Source of the DNA: Chrysomallon squamiferum
Taxonomy: Eukaryota; Animalia; Mollusca
DNA: 64,000 nt
Reading direction: 5' to 3'
Assembly (NCBI GenBank): GCA_012295275.1
Contig: CM022670.1
Location: forward strand, 7,998,001 to 8,062,000
The notes under the pieces were generated by a model. That model had not been told where the DNA came from and ran no database searches. It saw only the letters and a program-made list of their open reading frames with translations. Positions 37,710 through 53,597 of the stretch are shown here, in pieces (the stretch's first letter is position 1; the number at the start of each line of letters is the position of its first letter). Made by a program: the position numbers and the translations under genes.

Positions 37710-40700
37710 CATCTACCAGTCCAGACAGACACAAAAGAAACTAATCGAAACCTTTATCTTATGTTTAGTACTGTGTAACAACTATGTATGACATTCTGGG
37801 TCAAATCAATCAGTTCCAAGATTAATTATTTATTCTTTGTCCAGAAATAAATTAGATGAAGTCAATACCAGTGTGTCATAAACTCACAACATGTGTCCTT
37901 TATTTAAGCTTATAATAAATAAATAAATAAATAAAAAAAAAAAGATTGGTTGACAAGTCTGATCTTGCTGTATCCTTATAATCATTTCATTATGTCATTC
38001 TTACAGTGATTACTCACAAAGGGCGTATTGTAAAAATGTGTCAAAATTAATTTTTGATGCTGAGGGAAAGAAAAAGAAAGATAAGAAGGGACGAAAGGGC
38101 AGATGAAAGATAAAGGAGGAGTTTGAAATTAAAAGGCAGGGATGGAAAGAGAGCAGGAAAGAGAAGAAGAGCAGAAAAAAAAAAAAATGGAAGGATGGTG
38201 AGGAAACAAAAGGTAAATAAGAAGGAAAACTGAAAGAAAAGAAAGGAAATAAATATATACATAAAAAAAAAAACTAAAAAACCCCCAAAACCACATTGTA
38301 ACAATAAAATAAAGTAAAAAAAAAAAAAAGGAAAAAGAAAATAATATATATATATATATATAAATAAATAAATAAAACAAATAAATGTTTTCACTTTACA
38401 TATTAAACTATGTCAAACACTAAAATTTTTTTTTTTTTTTTTTTTACCCTCTTTTATCCATACTCAATCTTTTAAACAATATTTACACCACCACATATCT
38501 AATATCCTGGTGCCAGAAGAAAACTGCCTTACATCTGTATTGAGATTGTTAAATTTAATGCAGGGATGTGATTGCTTTTCATGACCAAATCCATCCAGCC
38601 ATCCAGGCTAGCCAGTGCCCTCCAGTCAGGTTAAAAATGAAGTTCACTAAGTACACACAATTTGCCATTTTGTTGAACTAAGATGCCCTGAGTAAAGACA
38701 GCAGCCAACACAATGGGAGAAAGAAAATAAGAGAGAAATCTGAGTGTGTATGTGTGTGGCCTAGTGACATAAAAAAAATGTGTGTTCTGTGTATGCTTCT
38801 GTGTATACACATATGCATGTCTGTGTGTCCCCCATGACACAGAACAGTGTATGTGTGTGTGTGTGTATGTGTGTGTTGCCTAGTAACACCAAACAAACAT
38901 GCTTTTCAGATTGCATCACCGATTACATTCAGGTAGATATTTACTGTGTAAATCATTCAAGAAAAAGTGGACAGAGTCTAGTGATTATTTATAAGTTTTG
39001 TTTATGATGTTCCAGTTCAAATGGTAAAATACAGTGTGTTGTGGTGGTAAACAAGTACACAATAATAGACGTAACATTATTTTTTTTATGCGTCTATAAA
39101 CACAACTTGGAGAAGGTTTTTTTTCCCCTTGTTTTATGTCAAATGTTCAGAGATTATTAGGAAACTGAAAAGAATGTGTTGTGGTTACACTAGCAATGCA
39201 ATGATAACCAGATGACTTTATTCTTTTGTTCAAACAAATCAAACCAGTTTTTAAACAGACATGTAAATATAACCGGAAAAAAAAATAATAATAAAAAAAA
39301 AAAAAAAACCTTACAGAGGCATATTAATATCTCAATTACTAACTTGTGTAATTAAACATTTCCTGGAAATAATTGTTTACCAACAACCACACACCTGCCC
39401 ACAAAAATGCCACATGTTTGACCACACAAGCTCATTATCTACACCCACAAACCCACCTCCACACACCTTTAGAAAGACCTGAGTCTACTTTCAGAAAGAG
39501 TCAAACCTACCCACAGTTATAGCATAGTGGGGAAAAAAAAAAAACACTACAAATATCCAGACAGTCAGACATACAGACGTAAGAGATACCATCATTCTCT
39601 GTCTATACAAAATGTCTGGGAGTAATAAATTTACTGTAAATCCAGAAAACAAAAAAAAAGAAAGAGGGTGAGAGAGAGAAAAAATAATTGTACAGAAAAG
39701 ATGAAACTAAAACAGCTAAAAAGAAAAAAAAAAAAGAAAGATAAAGAGAATAAAGCTGCAGGAAATTCTGCAAAGAAGAACATACCCAGATAACCTCAGT
39801 GATAACATCAACTGGTACAGCACAAACCATTACGACATTAATGTGTTTCCCAGGCATCAATCACCTATCAGCTGTGTTTAGTAGAGTTTTTAATCTTCTG
39901 TCTCACCACAGTTCAAATGCTTCATCAAAATAAAATGGCTATACATACTTAATTATTGTTATTCTAATGGCTTCAGATGCACTGACTTACACTCATTAAA
40001 AGGTGACTATGATTAAATATTGTGAGTTTATATCACAAACATACTTTCTCTCTCTCTCTTTCTCACACATGCACGCACGCACACACACACACTTTACAAC
40101 ACATTCACCAACAGATACAGAGTAGTTAATGCATAGAAACATTCTCTCTTTCACTCTCTCTCTCTCTCTCTCCCTCCCTCTCCCCCTCTCTTTCTTTCTC
40201 ACACATGCATGGTCACACACTCAAGCATACAGAAACAGTCACACATTCACACAGACAAAAATACACACCTATGGACTACCTCAGTATTTATACTACAAAT
40301 ATGCACAATCACTGAGATACTGTACAGGTATGGTATCCTACTTGAACATGACATCCAACGATCCTCGTTGACATGAAAGCCAACACAGACAGACAGACAG
40401 ACACAGACAAATGATCAAATTTGAGAAGCAGCTGATGATGACATACACAGATAAATTCAGTTGTCTGTACATCTGATCTGAACAGACCGTTTTAAATGGC
40501 AGTGTTAAGCTCAGCATACATCTGTAAAGTAATGAGCCAGTTTCTCAGTGCTCAGCTTATTAACCCAGTCAGCTCAAAGTCAGATCTCCAGCAACTGATG
40601 CTTTAGCCAAACATACTGCTAGTACATTGACTGTGTAAACAGATCAAATCTAATTAACAGCATCGCCAGGCACAAGACTAGTAAACAGTTAACTTGTGTA

Positions 40701-41132
40701 GATGTTAGCAGATGGAGGAGTAACTAGAAGTGACAACGGAACAACACTGACACTGACACGAAAACAACAGATCACAAACAAGAAATGGCACAAAAACAAA
40801 AAGGATTGTTATTATTTATTTGTATTATTATTGTTATTTATTATTATTACTGCTATTGATTATTATTATTATTTTATTTTTTAAATATCTTTATTATTCT
40901 TCTTTTTCTTCTGATGCTGCTGCTTATTATTTTATTATTTTTATTTTATTTATTGTTTTTACTCAGTTACTGGCAATTACAAAACCTGAAAAGTAATCAA
41001 ATCTACCCTGTTTATACATTTTGGTTTTTATTATAATTTATTTTATTTCAGAATATCCTTAAAATTTTAACTGCCACAATTGGTTTGTAAAATTAATTTA
41101 GTAAAATAAAATAAAAATAATTATTATCTTTA

Positions 41133-41163
<31 letters not shown>

Positions 41164-41703
41164 TATTTATTTATTAAAACTTACAGATTGCATTATGATT
41201 TTTCTAAAAAAAAAAAAAAAATAATCAATAATTTCATTCCTTATATTCTCAAATATTGTTTTTCAAAGCAACCTATTACAAAATATTCTGATTTTTAGTT
41301 TGATTTCTTGTGTTTTTGTTTTCTGTATTTTTTTTTTTCTCTCTGAACTAAGATATTCTCATCAAAAGATATTATTCTGTTCAATTTTATTTTTTTTTTG
41401 TTTTTTGTTTTTTTTCTGTATCAAGGAATGATGTTTTTACGATTAGATAAAAGGAAAGAGAGTCAACAGAAGACATTAATTGTGAGAATGGTTTTTCCTG
41501 AAAGTCTGGTCGACATATCTGAAATCTCTTGGTCTCTGAGGAATAGAGATTCTATCTTTACACAGAACCATTAGAAAAATACATGTCCCTTTCAATTATC
41601 TTCTTAATTACTACTAACAAAAATAATAATAATAATAAATTAAAACACACAGATTTATTAATACTGTATATTGTGAGGAATATTTCAATTTTCTCTCTCT
41701 CTC

Positions 41704-41740
<37 letters not shown>

Positions 41741-41919
41741 AGTAGAAAAAAAGAAAATAAATTAACAATGACATTCTCCATTTCTATAGTTAATGTTTAA
41801 GAGTTCATTGAATACATTTCTGTCTCTCTCCCTGTGTCTCAAATATACATATACAAAACTCATCAATAACTCAGAAATAATAATAAATTTAATTAAACAA
41901 GCATGTCAGTCTATAGCTG

Positions 41920-41958
<39 letters not shown>

Positions 41959-42530
41959 AAAAAAACAAAAAACCAAAAAAAAAAAAAAGTAACAATAAAG
42001 CAGTCAAAAAATATACATATTTATCAAATCATAATAAAGTTGTAAAATAATGAAGTAAAAAGCTTTGAAGAATTTCAAGTAGCTAATATACAATATAATA
42101 AAATAAAAAATATATATAAAAATGAAATAATAATAATAATAATCATAAGCTGTATATATATATATATATGTGTATATGATTATAGCAACAGAAGCAACAA
42201 CAACAAAATGGAATTAAAAAAAAAAAAAAATCAAGATTCCTGTATTTTTGAGAACTGTACAGTGTATTGATCTGAGGTGACATGACAATGTAAACAGTGA
42301 CATTAAACAAGTGAACCAAAGATGTGTGGACATCTGTTGTTTCACATCAATTGTCCTTCGCATGCAAAATATCACCAGCCAGGCCATTCTTGGCCACTTT
42401 CAGACAATGCTGTCTGAGAAAATCAGTGTTATTTTAGTAAGTTGGAAGTATGAATGTCCAATAATTAGTTCTGTGAGAGAGATTTGATCAATATGTCATC
42501 TGAATTATGTGTCTGTAAATAAATGACTAT

Positions 42531-42680
42531 TTGTTTAATGACACTTTATACTATTAATCATTACTAGATCTCACCCATGTCTACTGACAGTGGGGCAAAA
42601 TGAAATCAAGTGTTGGTTAATTACAAATCACTTTTACAAATTACCAGCAAGACTTCTTTTACATACAGTTTATCATACAT
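42531..42680 (-). mobile_element. Decayed SINE-like fragment, same family as 30335-30600
   Basis: tgtttaatgacactttatac ... ccagcaagacttcttttacatac, shared with the 30.3 kb copy. Confidence 0.4.
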
Positions 42681-42783
42681 ACACAAAGAAGAAAAAAGAA
42701 ACAAAACAAAAAAAACCCACTCTAACAAAAGTAATTAGCATATAATTGGTACAGTAAAACAGTTTAATTGCTCTATTCAAATC

Positions 42784-42955
42784 TGGTAAATGGATTCATG
42801 GATTATTAATATGTAAGTCATGAAGCAATGTTGGAAATTGGAAAAACAATTATAACCGTTGTATAAAAATTTGGTAAATGGAGCCTTGTGTCATTAAATA
42901 CATGAATCATGTAGCAATGTTGGGAAATGGGAAAAACAATTTAACTGTTGTACAT
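42784..42955. repeat. Older tandem duplication, two copies, period about 88 bp
   Basis: tggtaaatgga...tcatg[a/t]agcaatgttgg[a/g]aa[t/a]tgg(g)aaaaacaatt...aac[c/t]gttgta occurs twice. Confidence 0.85.
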
Positions 42956-45900
42956 GGACGTTGTGAAATGACTTGAAAGAGTTGCTGAAGGGAACAGTGA
43001 ACCTGCAACACAATGGTTGTAAGTTAAATACTGTATTACTGAGTCAATGACTTTGGGTAAAGGTTGATGACTTTGATATGAAGGCCAATTACAGCTCTGT
43101 ACAGGCCAACAGCATGGTCCAGAGTAACTGTGTTCAATCAACACAGCTGCCTGCCAATTAAGACAGAAAGTAATCAGAATCCTATGAGGCAGAAAATAAG
43201 TTTGAAAAAATTAATGTCCAGACTAAACTGTTTTAATTTAAATGTAAAGAATGGCCATTTTGTCATCAATAAATGTTGTCTGGGAGGGGTGTTTCATTTT
43301 ATTTATTTATTTTTGATATTATTAATTTTTTTTTTTTTAAACTGTTCAATATTATCAGTGCAGGAAACTGTAATAATTGTTAGTTAATATACAGGTGCTC
43401 AAGTTAACTAGTAGTTAAAATTTGTTTATCACTGTTTTTTAGTCAGTTAAGATGTGCTAGGATAAAAAGAATCACAAAAAAGAACAAAAAAACCCCAACA
43501 ACAACAAACAAAAAACAAAAATACAAGCCAGCTGTAAACAGTAAATGAATGAAAACATCTCAACAGCTTTTAATGTAAACAGTTAAGAGATTTCTAACTG
43601 GGTTTTTTTTTGTGTTTTTTTTGTTTTTTTGTTTAATTTTTATTATTGTTATTATTTCTCAGAGATGAGATGTTGTCACAATAAACCAAGAATTATTTTA
43701 AATTTTTAGCAGAAAAGTATCACCTGTACATGCCTTCCCATACACATGATTGCATATATGATTATATTTGAGAAATTACTTGGAAAAAATGATTTAAATG
43801 GAATACTGTGTTCAGTGAACTAGAACTCATGTATCAAACAAACCTGCTACTTCTAAGATAATATTTTTGGGTTGCTGTTTAAAACAAAATGAAAAAAATA
43901 TTACAGATAAGGAAATTCACTGTTATCAGAATTAAACAAAAATGATTTATTTATTTAAATTATTTTTAACTGAAATTTAGGAAAACACATGATTATTATT
44001 TTAATGTCAAAACTAATATATAAGGAAACTGGAATAAATCAAAATTGATGTGAAATTAAAATAATTATTGTTTTAAACATCAAAAATAGTTTAATATTAT
44101 TTTTTTTTTTTTAAAGAATTAAATCCTAGAAAATGTAGATAATTTTAAACAACACATTCTGTAAGTATCAAATTTAAGTTACCATGTTAAATTATTTCCA
44201 TCTAACTCCCACTTTGACACTGTGACAAATTAGAACTGTCAAACTGGATTTGAATCAAGCCTTTAATGTTCTCTGTTTATTACACACTAAATACATGACC
44301 CAATCAGATGACTCCATGTGAAAAAATCTAACAAGATTAATTATTTATCACTGATTCTATTGAATTTATCTATTACTTTTTTATTTTTATTTTTTATTTC
44401 TTTCTTTCTTTTTAAAAAAAAAAGAAAAAAAAAAAAAAAAAAAAAGAAATGTAGCTGAAAATATTAAACAGTTAATTGCATAAAAAAGTTTAAGACTTGA
44501 ACGAAATAATATTGATCTACAAGTAATTATGCCATCAGTTTCAAACTGGATAATTTCTCTACCACACCAGTACATCAGTACTTGTAAAACATTCTGTCTG
44601 TGGTAAAATATAAATAAACAAACAAACAAACAAACAAACAAACAAACAAACCAAAAATATGTATGTATGCAAAATCTATTGCTATTGAAAGCGTTTCTGG
44701 AGCAAGATTCTATTAAAAATTACAGTTATGTTAGAAATATCAAATGTTTCACATCAAGAGCAGATTACTGAGAAGTTTATGTGCTCTTATTCTGTTGTTG
44801 GCAAAATAAATTTGTATTTGTTTCACAGTCGACCAAAAAAAAAAAAGGAGAAGAAGCTGTAAAACCCAGCATTATTTCTCTTTTCAATTTCATGCTGCTT
44901 GGTTCTTTCTTCTTTACATAATAAGTATTTAATACGTAGGCTTATTTGAATAAATAAAATATTTCACAGCACTCGACACAAAATTACTTCAGGACAGATA
45001 TGAACCACAGGCTTTCTGGATGAAGGCTATATAAAGAGGAGACAAAAAAAAACTTGTTATTTCCCCCCCCCTTGAAAACTTAAATTTTCTTAAGAGCTGT
45101 CACTAGAACCAGAAGCTGTGCTTTACTCAGATCAACAAGTAGAATAAAATGTTTGTTCACTGAAAACTAAACACCAGAATATTAATGACTGTTATGAATC
45201 TGTCTTGTTTTTGTGTGTAATTATACAAGTGAGGAAATCTTGTTACTACCTCCACTGCTCACTGATTTGCAGCAGGTAATCTGTTTACATCTGTTTGTAC
45301 AAAGAGAAAACATTATATAACCATTTACCAGAGAGCACTAACCAGAATAGGAAATAACACTACAAATGTCCCCATGGAGAAATGATCTTGTAACCAACAC
45401 TGAGCTACACTTAACAGGTTGAGCAGTAAGACAAATAACATTTTCCAAATCACAGCACGGAATTAGATTTTCCATCATGGGGAATAATTTCAATACTAGA
45501 CAGGCTGTGAAAACCTGATTTGTAGGTCATAGATTGATCAAAATGGTCTTTCTCTCTCTCTCTTTCAGGTAATTGTTTTATTCTCTTATATTTAGTCCCT
45601 TGGTGAAAAACATTGCTGCAGTGATTAATCACACGGAGATTGTCCTGAATAGGACACTGCACCTTTGGGGATGCGGTTGGAGTATGAAGAGAAAAATGAA
45701 AAATGAAAAATGATTTATTTAGAAAATATTGAGATAGTCGAGAGCGGGTGAATCATGGAGAGGTGGTTCAGCCAATTAATGAAGGACATTTCCATTTTGC
45801 AAATTAATGTCTCGGTGGCTGGCAAATCGATTGAACCGGACAAGTTGGGCCTGCACTGTTTGTGAAAACACTTGGCAAATTAAGTGATGAGACACAGAGG

Positions 45901-46086
45901 AAGTCTAACGGATTTTAATTTATTTCTGTGATGATGTTAAATAGCGGTTCCCATTATACTAGCCTTCTGCTAAAATAATTATCACATTTTAATAATGACT
46001 GTCCACTGCTTCTGTAATAACTACAACCGGAAATAATAACACAAAACTGTTATGACCTTTACTTCTCTCATTACTATTAATATCTT

Positions 46087-46128
<42 letters not shown>

Positions 46129-48787
46129 TGCACTACTGCTGCTGCTACTACAATAATAAAAAGAAGAAGACTATAATAAGAACAGTCACAAATAGAACCT
46201 CCAAATGATTTTAATACTACTATTACTACTATAACTACTATTACAAACAGCACTGTGACTGCTTCTAATGCAACAACATTAATAGTAGTAATAATAATAC
46301 CAATAATATTAATTCCAGTAAGCAAACAAACAATTTTAAGGACAAATAACAAAATCTACTTAAGTTCAACACCATCATTCTCATGTATGTAAAACCGAAG
46401 AAAATGATGACAATTACCAAATGTCAGTATTTATCCCACCCACGACAAAGTAAACTATAAAATGCAGACAGATGAATATCAAAAGATAATAATTGATCCC
46501 TTTAATATCTGTACATCAGAAAATGAACATTAATGTAATCAAAACAATTTCATTTGATGAGACATTCACATCTAAATAATGAAATTACTCTTAGATTGCC
46601 GTTTATTCTAATTTGATTTTCTGGTTGTTGTTTTTTTTTTTACTTCAAAAAAACATGTTTATCAGTACAGTATACTGACAGAGAATTAAACAGGAAGTGA
46701 TTTAGTAGATGTCAGAAAGAGTGAAGTAAAAGGAAAAAACAATCAGTGTTTATGTTATCTGGTTTTTAATCTTCACCTGCGGTACTAGAGTATATAACTT
46801 TTAATTTTTTAAATTTTATTTCATGTGTGTGTTTGTGTGTGGGTGTTAGATGTTTTTTTGTTGTTTTTTGCATGTGTTGATGAATATGTGTTAATTAGTT
46901 TATATATTGTAATCAATGTGATTTTTCCCTCCCTCCCTCTCTTTCCCTCCCTCCCTCCCTCTGACAGACTCACGCACATACTTTTTCTCTCTCTTCTCTA
47001 CTTTCACCTCCTCATATTAGCCTTATGAGATATGTGCTGCATTTGGATTGAGAAATAAATGAGAAGTGACATTCTCTGAATCAATTACAGGCCCAATTAT
47101 TTCCAAACTAGCTGTCTGGAGGCTCTGTCCTTCCAGTCCAGTGCATATAAAAACTCAAACAGTCTAGACTTGGGGATAAAAACTTGATCATCACATCCCG
47201 TCAAGATTCAAATGATGCTGCTGTGACATTAATGGATGGAAATCCTTCTTTTAATACTGTACAAGTCTATGGATGAATAAGCATTGAAATGAAGAGTACA
47301 AGCTGGATGGGTCTAAATTAATTTTTGTCAGGCAAAACAAACCCCAACAGATTAATGAAAATGAGTGTTAAGATAAAAATACAAGATTTGTAGCTGTTTC
47401 TCAGTCTCAGATTTTAAGTATTTAAATACACGAAACTTATCTTGAATAATGCGAGACTATTAATGATTTATCTTTTCTGCATAACGTTTCCACATTTAAT
47501 CTGTTTATTTACATATTTTGTTTATTTTAGAACCTTTTATTTCTTTCTTTTTTTTTTTGGCCTTATTTATTTATTTATTTTAATTAAGTTCCAATTCTTT
47601 AATTAAGGATATTAAGAATTTCTATTCTTCTTTTCTTTTTTTAAAAAACAAACAAATCTAGGTTAACATTTACTGAGCATACGCAAGCAAATTTAATGGT
47701 AAAATGACAGTTACTTTAATTCATTATTGGAATTTCAATATCTTTATATCTAAAACAGTTAGGAAACTAATACTAAGTGCAACATCATTATATTTCAGGA
47801 TATTTTTCACATTCCTGCTCTAAAATTACATATTTTCTATTCACAATGAAGACCTCTTCCTACTGAGAATCACAAAATGCCACAAGTCAGATTCATAAAG
47901 CAAATACAGTTTAATTGAAACTATTGCCTTCTGAAGAATTGTCAGATGTCATTTTCTTTAATTCCTGTTAAGAAAAAGAAGTCTAAAGTGACTGACATTT
48001 AAATGTCAGCCTAGTTCAAGTAATAGTAAAAGCTGTTAGTGACTTAGTCAGTCATCCACGCACTAAGTACTTTGTGAGATGATCACAAGAACGTGGTAGT
48101 AGGTGACACAAACTTGAGAGGACAGAGGGAAAAAAAAGAAGAAAAAAAAGAGGATAAAAACAACAAACCAAAAAATGTTTTCACACTGGTGTCAGTTGAC
48201 ACATAATTAACAAAATTTCATTTCACATCACAACCATCTACATCAACATAGAGAAGAAAAAAAAAAAATTAAAAATTCTGAGTAGGCGATCATGAAACAC
48301 ATTTATCTGTTTTAGTGAAACAAGATACAGTTCTAAACTTGTAATCTGGAACTGTCGAATTGGTTATTATTGATCAGGAGCGACATGGTCAATAAACATG
48401 CCACAGAAACATCGAGGATGTCACACGTAACTTGACTTAGAATAAATCTAGTACAAATCTATTACCCAATTCCAGCAGTGTTACCAATTTATGTCATCAC
48501 AGACTCTGCTGATACTAAAACCATTATTTATGTAAGGTTTTTTTTAGTTTTAAAATCATCTTTAAAACAAATGCAGAATAAATCTATATTCTCGCAGAAC
48601 ATTGCAGATAACAAATGAATGATAGAAAAATTTCCCCAAACAGATAAAGAAGAAATCTGTAATAATCTATTAATAATGATATCACAAATTACAAATGAAT
48701 CATGAAATATTTAGTAATGGAAAACTAGAAATTAATGAGGAAAATAAATCTCTTTATTATTTAAAATAATTTTTTTTTTCTTTTCTT

Positions 48788-49045
48788 AATTAAATATAAA
48801 TTAATCTCATTTTAATTTAACTATAAATTGATCTAACATTAATTAAAAATATATTTCTTTCACCTTAACTACAAATTTATTTCATCTTAATAAGAAATAA
48901 ATTATTAACTTGCCTTTATTAAATATAAATTTCTTTCACCATAATTAAATTTATCTCATTTTAATAATAATAATAAAATTTCTCACCGTAATTATAAATA
49001 AATTTCAGAAATAATCTCACATTTTGAAAATAAATTCTCACATAA
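48788..49045. repeat. Degenerate AT-rich minisatellite, about 25 bp (aattaaatataaatttatctca[t/cc])
   Basis: About ten diverged units visible. Confidence 0.65.
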
Positions 49046-52000
49046 AACAAAACTGAAAAAAAAAAAAAAAAAAGAAAAAGAAAAAAACTTTTGTCACACA
49101 TTTGAAACAACAAAAAAAACATTTCTTTTACACGTTTAACGCCAGAGTCTCACACTCTCATTACGAAACAGATACTGTTGCGTAAAGCTGAAATTTTCCA
49201 CCAGCAAGTAGGAAGCAATTTAATTTGTTTAGCCATGTTCTGTCAGTGTGAATAGCAGATAATTACTGAAGTAGGCACAATCCACTTAGCGGAAAACCAT
49301 TCTCAAGTGTACACGTTCAACTGAGAAAACCTCTCGTCAGCTAAATATTTTATTAATCTGTGACTGCAAAATATGTGATCTGAATTGTGTAATGAATTGC
49401 TATTTTTGTTGTTGTTCAAATAATCTGTACATTTCCTTGTATGATGTAAGAAATTTAAAAAATGAAATGACGAAGAAAGTAGAAGACTGTACACATATTT
49501 GTGTGTGTGCATGTGTATAAAAATTGTATTTAACTTTGTATCAAATTTGGTAGAATAATCAACATACTGATTTACTAAAAAAAAAAAAAATTCAACATAC
49601 TGGTTAGTGTGTTAGTGTCTATGTGTGTATGTGTGTGTGTGTGTGTGTGTGTCTGGGCATGTGAGTGCATGTGTACATGTGTATTTATATAGTATATTTA
49701 ACCTATCCTGACCAATTTGATTCAAATAATTAATATACCAGCTTATTAATTAAAATAATATTAAACTGTACAAGAATATTTTTATATTACATATAAGAAA
49801 TGAAACGTCATAAAATATAATTAAGATATTAGAAATCTAATAACATAAAGCATATTCTCTACCAAATTTCATTAATCTGAAATAATTATTTTGTTTCAGC
49901 TTTCTTCATTTTTTTTTTCTTCTTCTTCTTTTTTTTTATTAATGTAAATGCTTAAGTATTCAAGAATCAATTTTCAGTTCTGTAATGGAAAAAACATTTT
50001 CATTTAGCCTGAATCAATAAAAAAAGAATTAGAAAATGTTTCTTTCATCACAACCACAAAAGGATTAGCTTTCAGTTTCCTTTGTCAGTTGTTAAGTGTG
50101 TCAGTGGTGTAAGAAAATACCTGTAATTATTTCCTACCTGAAATACGACTTTACAAAATACCTGCAGAATTAAGATTTTGTCAAAGATTTAGTTTTTCAA
50201 AAAAAAGTAATGTATTGGTAATAATAGATGTTTTAAAGTAAAGAACAAAAACACAAAACAAAACAAAATAGTAAACCAAAAAAAGATTAAATAAGAAAAG
50301 AAAAGAAAAAAGAAGAAAAAAAAAATAGGAAGGCAAAATTTAAAAAAAATATATATGTTTTAAATTTAAAAAAAAGAAAAGAAATGTATGAGGAGGAGGA
50401 AAAGAGAGAGAGAGAAAAAAAAAGAACAAAACAACAAAAAGTTATCAAATTAACTCAAACTTCCAAATTCCTAATTCAAGGATATCTTCATGTTGTGACT
50501 TTCCACATACAGTAAAACATACCCTGTGCAGTGAAATGAAATCAATAAAGTGAAGAGAATCAGCCATGTGTAACCATGCCAATTAAGATGTCAAACACGA
50601 TATTTGGAAATGTATAATACACCAGATAGGTTACTGCCGAGGAGAAGATAACTTTTTAATGTCTCAGGCAAGTTACTTAATTTGTCAGATCTGCTATCGG
50701 AGAAAACAGAGAGAACAGGTATAAACCTGCTAACATTTCACAAATGTGTTAAACTGTAACTCTTGTGTCTGACTTTTATTAAAATATTCCACGAGTTAAT
50801 GGGAAAAACGAATAATAATTAACTGTAAGATAAGAATTACAAATGTGAAATGTATACATCTATGTAAACACTCCACAGAGCTTTGTCTTACCGCAATTAA
50901 CATACAACTAATGTTTTTGTCTAGACACACACACTCACTCAAATAACACACACACACACACATTCACTCACTCACTCACTCACACACACTCACACATATA
51001 CACATACACACACATACACTAAACACTCTAAGAGATACACAATCCCATGTAAATTATCTATTAACAAAAAAAAAAAAGGAAAAAAAAAGAGAGAGATAGA
51101 AACTGAACAAAAAAAGATACTGTCAGTCATAATTATATTTGTTAAGCAGTGAATTTTTATGTTATCAGTAGTTTTAAAATATCAGACCAGAAAACATGCA
51201 AGGAAATAAACAACTGAGTTTTCATATGTCGGACCACCCACAAACTGGGAATATACTGTACTGAAATTAAACACTGATTTAAATACTATATTCATAATAA
51301 ATATTTGATAGCATAATAAATAATATAAAAATAATTACATATCTACACTTATCGAACAATTTTTTTTTTTTTTTTTTTTTTAGTTTCATATATATATATA
51401 TATATATATATAGGGGGTTTTTTTAGGGGGGGGGTTGAGGAAATTTTAATAGTAAATGCTACCAACTGTTGATCTTTGGATGGAAATGAAAAAAAAAAGT
51501 AATATGATTTAGTCAAGTAAATATGTCTCAAGTGAGATAACAAACTTATTTTATTTTTCTGTACTCTCAGAGGATTATAAAGGACATGTAAAAACTAGTT
51601 AAATTAGTTTATAGGGTACTGACTGTGATCTACACTTTCTCATATTAGTGCTCTACCAGCAATCTGCAGTCAGTTCTACTTCACTGTTATCAGCCTAACC
51701 TCATGAGGTCGTGGCACACTTTTCATTATTATAGATAGGTTCATGGTTTCAAATAATCTTATTAATGCCATGAATACAGAACTGATATTCATTTCAAATG
51801 AAAAATACTCATAAAAGTGCACTAAAATGGGGAATTTTAATAATAACATTTTTATTGGTGAAAGAATAAAAATTTAAAATGGTAAAATAAAAAGGAATAT
51901 TTGTATGTCTAGATATATAAATATGCAGATATTTGAATTCTGTGTTCATGTAGGTGTATGAGTGAGAAGAGGGAAAGACACAGATTATGTTTGGAGATAT

Positions 52001-52664
52001 GAATACATGCATGTGTGTAACCAGGTGTGTATGTACAGTTCAGATAGCAATGAATGTAAGGTTTGGCTTGACACTGAGTGCATTTCCTCAATACTGAGAT
52101 CTTGGCATGGAATGTTTTATGTAAACAATACTATATGTTTGTTTTGAAATGTTCTTGTAACATTAAGCATTTTATGAAATATGTTTCCATTTATACCGTT
52201 TTATGCTTGTTTCTAAACATCTACAATGCATTTGGAACTGGAAAAAAACTTCTTCTCTCTTTCCCAACTGTTTATTTAATCTTTTAGTTGTCAGCATCAG
52301 AAAAACAAACATGATGAATGTTTGACAATTAAGTGTAATTCTACATCAGTTCTAACAGTGTTTGTTGCCTTTTAAAATAATACTAATAAAAGATAGTAAT
52401 AATAATAATAATAAAAACAAAAATAATAATAAATAATCTAATACAAAAATTCTCATTAATAAGTCTTATTAAATATTATTATTATTATTATTAAAAAAAT
52501 ATTTTGTAATATATCTAATCTTCCTAATTAGAATATAAACCATAATTATTTTTTCAGAATACATAAATGACTTCAAGCATTGTAATAAATATACATTTAA
52601 ATGAACACTTTATACATACTTAAGCCTGCACACACACACACACACTCAGTCACACCCACACTGA

Positions 52665-52837
<173 letters not shown>

Positions 52838-53538
52838 CCACGCACAAATGGGTGAATCTGATCATGATAAATATGTCCATTATAAATATTACAATACACC
52901 ACCACAACACCAATACTCTCTATCATTTCACCTAATCATGCACGGTCAATTATTTATGTAATTAATTATGCTTCAGTAGATGAATAGGCTATCTATTCAG
53001 TGCAGACTGCATGCATGCTAGTGACAACATCGTCGTTGCCACTGTGTTGTTTCACGTGATTAGTCATATTACTGCTGCCTGCACAGAACAGTGTCTTTTT
53101 TCTAACAACAATTTAATAACACATCCGAGAAACGATAATATTCAACAACACGACTTGGCCCATAGGCTCAACATGGTCAATGGACTTCAGTGAATTGTGC
53201 GCCATAATAACTGATTGATAGAGAATTAAATTAGTCAATACGATGGAATCTAATTAGCCTACAGGTTTCTGAAAAGGAAGAGAGGAGGAGGAAGAAGAAG
53301 AAGAAGAAGAAGAAGAAAGGAGAAATGAAACAGATAAATGACAATAAAAAAAAAAAAAAAAAAAAAAAAAAGAAAAAGAAATCAAAAACGTATGTAATCA
53401 TACAAATAAAACTGTCTAAGTAAGTTGTGTTTGGATCCACGCCAATAGGGAAGTTCTCCACGCAAAAAGCTTTCTCTCGTAGTTTATCGACCAAAAATAA
53501 AGATAAATTTAAGTTGTCATACCGACTGCCAAACTTAC

Positions 53539-53597
53539 CTCTTGCCCACAGCATTCATAGGAGATTTCCGTCCCGCCGTCTGACATTCGGGTGGAGG
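53539..53597 (-). CDS. lilli/AFF4-like: AFF-like exon (59 nt; PPPECQTAGRKSPMNAVGK-R)
   Basis: Strong ttttctcttcag acceptor and AG|gtaagt donor. Phase 0 in, phase 2 out, which exactly bridges the phase-0 end at 55657 and the phase-2 start at 35351. Confidence 0.7.
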
